A DNA stretch of 64,000 nucleotides from the NCBI GenBank assembly GCA_036676985.1, contig JAKFBU010000073.1:96001-160000 (forward strand), read 5' to 3'. Shown one piece after another: positions 59,300 through 64,000 of the stretch (positions are counted from its first letter, which is position 1; the number at the start of each line of letters is the position of its first letter). The translations under genes were made by a program, and so were the position numbers. The stretch is from Candidatus Sericytochromatia bacterium. Its GTDB lineage: Bacteria; Cyanobacteriota; Sericytochromatia; S15B-MN24; UBA4093. Under the pieces are notes generated by a model. That model ran no database searches and was not told the origin of the DNA. It saw only the letters and a list, made by a program, of their open reading frames with translations.

Positions 59300-59434
59300 A
59301 TGGGATGTGACAAGTGCGGAAGGCAGATGCCCCTGATCTCGACCATCGAGGACACCCCAGCCCAGCCGCTCCGGGTCTTCGAGTGCAGCCCCTGCGCCCG
59401 CGGCATCATCGTCGAGGCGGCCGCGGCGGCCTAG
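59300..59434 (+). CDS. Small CxxC/CxxC zinc-ribbon protein (44 aa)
   Basis: AGGAGG SD; MGCDKCGR...FECSPC. Confidence 0.65.
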   Translation: MGCDKCGRQMPLISTIEDTPAQPLRVFECSPCARGIIVEAAAAA

Positions 59435-59468
59435 GGTGCCCACTATTTGGTCGTTTCTTTCGGAAAAC

Positions 59469-59511
59469 TTTACCTCACGTTTACCTTTCCGGCGCCCGAG
59501 TCCGCGATAAC
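59469..59511 (+). promoter_or_regulatory. Shared promoter motif, copy D (clostripain gene)
   Basis: TTTAC-CTCACG-TTTAC-N21-GATAAC (CGCGATAAC). Confidence 0.55.
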
Positions 59512-59551
59512 TCCCTGAGAGGCCCCGCCACCTCCACGAAGGGAAAAGCCC

Positions 59552-60898
59552 GTGGCTCGACCGTCGCCCGCCATCCGGCTCCTCGCCGGCACCCTGCTCC
59601 TTGCTAGCCTGCTTACGGGCTGCGGCGCTCCGGGCGCCCCGGTCTCCCCGGGTCCCGACGGTGGGCTGGAGGCCACGGCGGACACGCCGCATGTGGCGGA
59701 CGACATCGCCAAGCACCGGCTCCAGGAGACGCCCGAGGGCGTCCTGGTCCGTCAGCTGCCCGATCCGAGGCGCGAGAAGAAGGCCACCATCCTCTCCTAC
59801 CGCGCCATGGACAACGACCTCTCGGGAGCCCTGAAGCCCCACCTCAACGACCTCGAGGCCGCCGGATCCTCCACCTACGCCAACGTCCTCTCCCTGTCGG
59901 ACTCGAGCGCGCAGGACGACTCGTACCTGCACTACCTCGTCCAGGACCGGAGCAGCAAACTGGTGTCGCCCTACATGTGGGCCCCGGACGCGCTCGGCAT
60001 GTCGACCAAGACCCAGCCGCTCAAGGAAGTGAACACCGCCGATCCGCGCACGCTCGAGACCTTCGTCGGCTGGGGCTTCCGCTCTTATCCCGGACGCTTC
60101 AAGGTGCTCGACGTGGCGAGCCACGGCAGCGGCTACCAGGGCATGTGCATGGACTACACGTCCAACTACGAGCAGATGGCCCTGCCCGCCTTCGCGCAGG
60201 CCGTCAAGAGCGGACTCAAGGGCCGCAAGCTGGACGTCCTCAACCTGCTCGCCTGCCTCATGGCCACCGTCGAGGTCGGCTACGAGTTCCGGGACGCGGC
60301 CGAGGTCATGGTCGCGAGCGAGGACCTGCTCATGGGCGGCCGGGTGATGGTCTACGGCAGCTCCTTCGGCAAGCTCGCCGCACGCACCGACTGGGATCGA
60401 GCCGATGCCAGGGTCGTGGCCAAGCAACTGGTCGCCGACGCCCAACCCCAGGTGCCGAGCTCCGGGGCGTACACGCTCTCGGCCATCGACCTGGCCCGGA
60501 TTGCCGAGGTCAAGCGCGGGCTCAACGTCCTCTCCAACGCCCTCTTGACCCACTTCGAGCCCCACCGGGGCGAAATCCTCGCGGCCTACGACGCCGTACC
60601 GGTGCTGCGCAAGGACAAGGGCCAGAGCAGCCACCGGGACCTGGTGCGCTTTTGCCGCAACCTGCAGGACATGGTCACCCACCCCGAGGTCCGGCAAGCC
60701 GCCAAGGAACTGGAGGCGGTCTGCGGCGAGGCGATCCTCGTCTCGCGCGCCAAGAAGATGGAGCAGGGCGCGGCCTTCGGGCTCTCCGTGTACCTGCCCG
60801 ATCCGCACGAGGAGTTCAACCAGGCCTATCGGCAGACGCGCCTGGCGCGCGAGTCCGCCTGGGACGAGTTCCTGCTCGCGGTGAAGGCGAGCCGCTGA
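59552..60898 (+). CDS. Clostripain (peptidase C11) family lipoprotein
   Basis: Lipobox LTGC; DNDL, SHGSG (catalytic His), ACLMATVEV (catalytic Cys), ASE, GLSVYLP. Confidence 0.88.
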   Translation: MARPSPAIRLLAGTLLLASLLTGCGAPGAPVSPGPDGGLEATADTPHVADDIAKHRLQETPEGVLVRQLPDPRREKKATILSYRAMDNDLSGALKPHLNDLEAAGSSTYANVLSLSDSSAQDDSYLHYLVQDRSSKLVSPYMWAPDALGMSTKTQPLKEVNTADPRTLETFVGWGFRSYPGRFKVLDVASHGSGYQGMCMDYTSNYEQMALPAFAQAVKSGLKGRKLDVLNLLACLMATVEVGYEFRDAAEVMVASEDLLMGGRVMVYGSSFGKLAARTDWDRADARVVAKQLVADAQPQVPSSGAYTLSAIDLARIAEVKRGLNVLSNALLTHFEPHRGEILAAYDAVPVLRKDKGQSSHRDLVRFCRNLQDMVTHPEVRQAAKELEAVCGEAILVSRAKKMEQGAAFGLSVYLPDPHEEFNQAYRQTRLARESAWDEFLLAVKASR

Positions 60899-60961
60899 CG
60901 ACAAAGCAAGCTTGCCCGGGTATAAGATGAAGGCCTCATCGTTCGCCCCTAGGAGTGCTCC

Positions 60962-61915
60962 TTGCGGTACGCGCTCATTTCCACGCCCCTGCCTGGCTAC
61001 AAGAAGCGGCGGTTCCGCCTCATGCGGATCGCCTCGCGGGTGATCGCCGCCGGCATCGTGGCAGCCCTGGGGCTCACGGCCTACGTCGACTGGCAGGTCT
61101 CATCGGCGCTCATGCACCCGAGTCCCTTCGCCAACCCCGACTCACCGGACCGCTACGGTCTCTCCTACCGCTCGATCGACATCCGCTCCCCGCGTCTGAC
61201 CGCTCCCCTCAAGGGCTGGCTGTTCGAGAACCCGCAGGCCGGGGGGCGCGCGGTGTTGTTCCTGCATGGCTGGCGCAGCCACAAGGAGCACATGCTCAAG
61301 GACTACGTGAGCTGGCTGGCACGCCGCTACACGGTCCTTGCCTTCGACCACCCGAACCATGGCCAGAGCCCGGCGGGCCCGACCACGCTGGGGGATCTCG
61401 AGCAGGTGGATGCCGCGGCGGCGCTCGCGGAGCTGCGGCGACGCGGCTACGGGCGCCTCGGGGTCATGGGCGTCTCCATGGGCGGGACGACGGCCATCGG
61501 GCTCGCGGCGTCAGCCAAGGACCTCAAGGCCATTGTGAGCGAGGGGACGTACGCGTCACCCCCGGGTGCTTCGCTCGGCTATTTCAAGAATCACGGGTTC
61601 GTGATGCCCGAGTGGCTGGCGTTTACGACCGCGAGCATGCTCTCGGCCCGGACGGGCCGTAACCTGTGGGACGCCAGTGCCGAGCGCCACATCGCCGCGC
61701 TGGCTCCTCGGCCGGTGCTGCTCATCCACGGCACCCGGGACTCGGTGGTCCTGCCGGGCAATGCCCATCGGTTGCATGCGCTCGCCAAGGAGCCGCGCGA
61801 GCTCTGGATGGTGCCGGAGGCGGACCACGTCTCCGATCCGGTCAAGGGGCCCCATGCGCTGCGTCCGGCCGAGTACGAGCGCAAGGTTCTGGGGTTCTTC
61901 GACCGGACGCTCTAG
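60962..61915 (+). CDS. Membrane-anchored alpha/beta hydrolase
   Basis: LHGW, HGQS, GVSMGG, IHGTRD, ADH catalytic triad. Confidence 0.88.
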   Translation: MRYALISTPLPGYKKRRFRLMRIASRVIAAGIVAALGLTAYVDWQVSSALMHPSPFANPDSPDRYGLSYRSIDIRSPRLTAPLKGWLFENPQAGGRAVLFLHGWRSHKEHMLKDYVSWLARRYTVLAFDHPNHGQSPAGPTTLGDLEQVDAAAALAELRRRGYGRLGVMGVSMGGTTAIGLAASAKDLKAIVSEGTYASPPGASLGYFKNHGFVMPEWLAFTTASMLSARTGRNLWDASAERHIAALAPRPVLLIHGTRDSVVLPGNAHRLHALAKEPRELWMVPEADHVSDPVKGPHALRPAEYERKVLGFFDRTL

Positions 61916-61948
61916 CGCTTTGAGCATGCCACCTGAGGCCTCATGCAC

Positions 61949-62112
61949 TAAAGGAACCGTTCATCTTTCGACCAGGCTCAAGACGAACGGATGTGTTGTC
62001 GGTACAGCGTTGGCTATGCTTGTAACTGGCCTTTAACCAGAGCCAACGCTCACTCGAGCCCCACGACAATCCGTTCACATTGAGCCTGGTCGAAATGCGA
62101 ACGGTTCCTTTA
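61949..62112. repeat. 164-nt nested inverted repeat (rod-like element)
   Basis: Arms TAAAGGAACCGTTC/GAACGGTTCCTTTA, TTTCGACCAGGCTCAA/TTGAGCCTGGTCGAAA, GAACGGA/TCCGTTC, TTGTCG/CGACAA, AGCGTTGGCT/AGCCAACGCT. Confidence 0.8.
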
Positions 62113-62133
62113 AGAAACAGGTCCCACAGCCGC

Positions 62134-63300
62134 TCACTTACCCGGCTTGAGCACCACCTTCCGGCACTGCTCGCGCTTCCGATCGAACACGTCGTATCCC
62201 TGCGCCGCGTCCTCCAGGGACATGCGGTGGGTGATGATCTCCTGGGGCCGCAGGTGCCCCAGCTCGATCAACGACAGCACCCCCGGCAGGTACTTCTGGA
62301 CATGCGTCTGCCCCATGCGCAAGGTCAGCCCCTTGTCGAACGCGTCTCCCAGCAGGAACGCGTGCATGAACCCCACGTACACGCCCGGGATGCTCACGAT
62401 CCCGCCGCGCCGGGTCACTGCGATGCACTGCCGGATGGCCGTGCCCGTGCTCGTCTCCAGCTTCAGCTCCAAGAGGGCGCTCTCGATGCGGCTACCCTTG
62501 GCCTCGAAGCCCACCGCGTCGATGGCCGCATCCACCCCCCGGTAATCCGTATCCTCCACGATGAAGCCCGCGGGATCCCGGTCCCGGTAGTTGAGGGGAG
62601 TCACCCCGTACTGGGCGGCGGCGAACTCCGTCCGGTAATCCTCCTCGTCCACCAGGTAGATCTTGCGCGCCCCCTTGTGCCGCGCCACCTCGGCGCACAG
62701 GAGCCCGACCGGACCTGCCCCGTAGATGGCGACCGTCGAGCCCGGCCCGACCTCCGCCTGAGCCACCGCCTGGTAAGCGGTCGTCAGGATGTCGCCCAAA
62801 AAGAGCACCTGCTCATCCTCCAGGCCGTCCGGGACCTTGAAAGGGTTCACGTTGGCGTGGGGCACCCGCACGAACTCCGCCTGGCCCCCGGACACGCCGC
62901 CGTACAGGTGCGAGTAGCCGAAGAAGGCGGCCGCCGGACGCAGCTGCTTCTTGTTGATGGCCCCGCCCGGGCCGGGATTGGTGCGCTCGCAGCCCGAATA
63001 GAGGCCCTTCTGGCAGAAGTAGCACTGGCCGCAGGCGATGACGAACGGCACGACGACGCGATCGCCCTTCTTGACCCGCGTGACCTCCCGGCCGACCTCC
63101 TCGACCACGCCCATGAACTCGTGCCCCAGGATGTCGCCCGGCTTCAGGCCCAACACCTTGCCGTGGTACATGTGCAGGTCCGAGCCGCAGATGGCGCACG
63201 TCGTCACCCGCACGATGGCGTCATCCGCGGCCTCGAGGGCCGGATCGGCCACGGTCTCGACCCGGAAGTCGCGCTCGGCGTGGTACACGACAGCCCGCAT
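62134..63300 (-). CDS. Zn-dependent alcohol/formaldehyde dehydrogenase (FDH-like, YbdR type)
   Basis: CGSDLH, GHEFMG, CGQCYFC...C, GAGPVG, MGQTHV. Confidence 0.93.
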   Translation of the reverse strand: MRAVVYHAERDFRVETVADPALEAADDAIVRVTTCAICGSDLHMYHGKVLGLKPGDILGHEFMGVVEEVGREVTRVKKGDRVVVPFVIACGQCYFCQKGLYSGCERTNPGPGGAINKKQLRPAAAFFGYSHLYGGVSGGQAEFVRVPHANVNPFKVPDGLEDEQVLFLGDILTTAYQAVAQAEVGPGSTVAIYGAGPVGLLCAEVARHKGARKIYLVDEEDYRTEFAAAQYGVTPLNYRDRDPAGFIVEDTDYRGVDAAIDAVGFEAKGSRIESALLELKLETSTGTAIRQCIAVTRRGGIVSIPGVYVGFMHAFLLGDAFDKGLTLRMGQTHVQKYLPGVLSLIELGHLRPQEIITHRMSLEDAAQGYDVFDRKREQCRKVVLKPGK

Positions 63301-63392
63301 GGGACCTCCCTTCCGATAGCGGTGAAGCGGACGCTATTCGTCTCGCCCCGTTCTAAGGGAGGTGTCCAGCGGCGCGCAAGAATCAGGCGCGC

Positions 63393-63668
63393 TCAGCCGG
63401 CGAGCTGATTCTGCCAGCGATCGTGATCCGTGCGGATCTCGACTTCCTGCTGCTCGAGATCCCCGAGCACCTGTCGGATCTCCTGCACCATGGGCGCCAG
63501 ATCCCGGATCAGCGCCTCGTACTCGGCGATGATCTTCTGGGTGCCCTCGATTTCATTGAGTAGCGCCTTGAGCTTGGCATTCAAGCGGGCGCGCTCGGCG
63601 CTCAACCCGCGCAGCAGCACCTCGTCCAGCTCGGCCTGCCGCTGCGCCCGCAACCGTCGGAAGTCCAC
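63393..63668 (-). CDS. Small coiled-coil hypothetical protein
   Basis: Heptad-rich helix, GC3 bias; GTG start after GGAGAGG (alternative ATG at 63698). Confidence 0.6.
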   Translation of the reverse strand: MDFRRLRAQRQAELDEVLLRGLSAERARLNAKLKALLNEIEGTQKIIAEYEALIRDLAPMVQEIRQVLGDLEQQEVEIRTDHDRWQNQLAG

Positions 63669-63959
63669 GGTCTCACCCTCTCCCTTCGTCCCGGGCATGG
63701 CCCGGCTGTTCGATCAGGGACCCCTTGTTCGTGAACCCGGCATCCGTCCAGGAACCAGGCGCCGCCGGGCGACGCCTCGCCAATGCGTGTTATACCCCAA
63801 GCAACCACCCGAAACCCAGACAAACAGGGATTCACGGGCAAAGGAAGACGCTCAAAGGCCCATCACGAGGGCTCCGCGACACAAAACTTGATTCGCTCCC
63901 ATCGAAAAAGCGAGCGAGGGTCAGGGTACAATCCGATCCCCGATCCGAGTGAGGCCCGC

Positions 63960-64000
63960 ATGGAATTCGACCTGAGATTTTTCGCCAACCTCTTCAACGT
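63960..64000 (+). CDS. Start of a CDS running off the window (MEFDLRFFANLFN...)
   Basis: GAGG SD, ATG, and an upstream TACAAT -10-like element. Confidence 0.4.
   Translation, partial: MEFDLRFFANLFN

Noticed and set aside
63787-63810. GTTT-N14-GGGTAT (SigB-like) promoter on the minus strand, and other GGGTAT(A) words near 31077, 56813 and 60918
   Set aside because: Only one copy has the GTTT -35; all are equally explained as sigma70 -10 boxes preceded by G's.

Overview
High-GC (about 70%) bacterial chromosomal segment, mostly housekeeping and envelope genes. I saw no transposase, integrase, prophage or CRISPR array. It combines diderm features (TolC, BcsC porin) with Terrabacteria-like ones (ClpC, KtrAB, M-box riboswitch, CCA-less tRNA), tentatively suggesting a non-photosynthetic relative of Cyanobacteria such as Sericytochromatia (inference only). 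Recognisable modules: a bcsABZC cellulose synthase operon, a four-subunit 2-oxoacid:ferredoxin oxidoreductase operon, a MarR/RND/TolC efflux locus, corA with an M-box riboswitch, crcB with a fluoride riboswitch, clpC, apt, pheA, nagZ-like GH3, ktrAB, tRNA-Ser(TGA), and several exported hydrolases. Three observations stand out. (1) A 428-codon ORF (31147-32433) has a single in-frame TGA followed by a SECIS-like hairpin, making it a candidate new selenoprotein. (2) A promoter architecture TT(A/T)AC-N6-TT(A/T)A(C/A)-N21/22-GATAA(C/G) is shared by four hydrolase genes (phosphoesterase, EEP nuclease/phosphatase, EF-hand/GH19 glycosidase, clostripain), a candidate sigma-28-type extracellular digestion regulon. 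(3) Four unrelated palindromic repeat dimers each sit between convergent genes.
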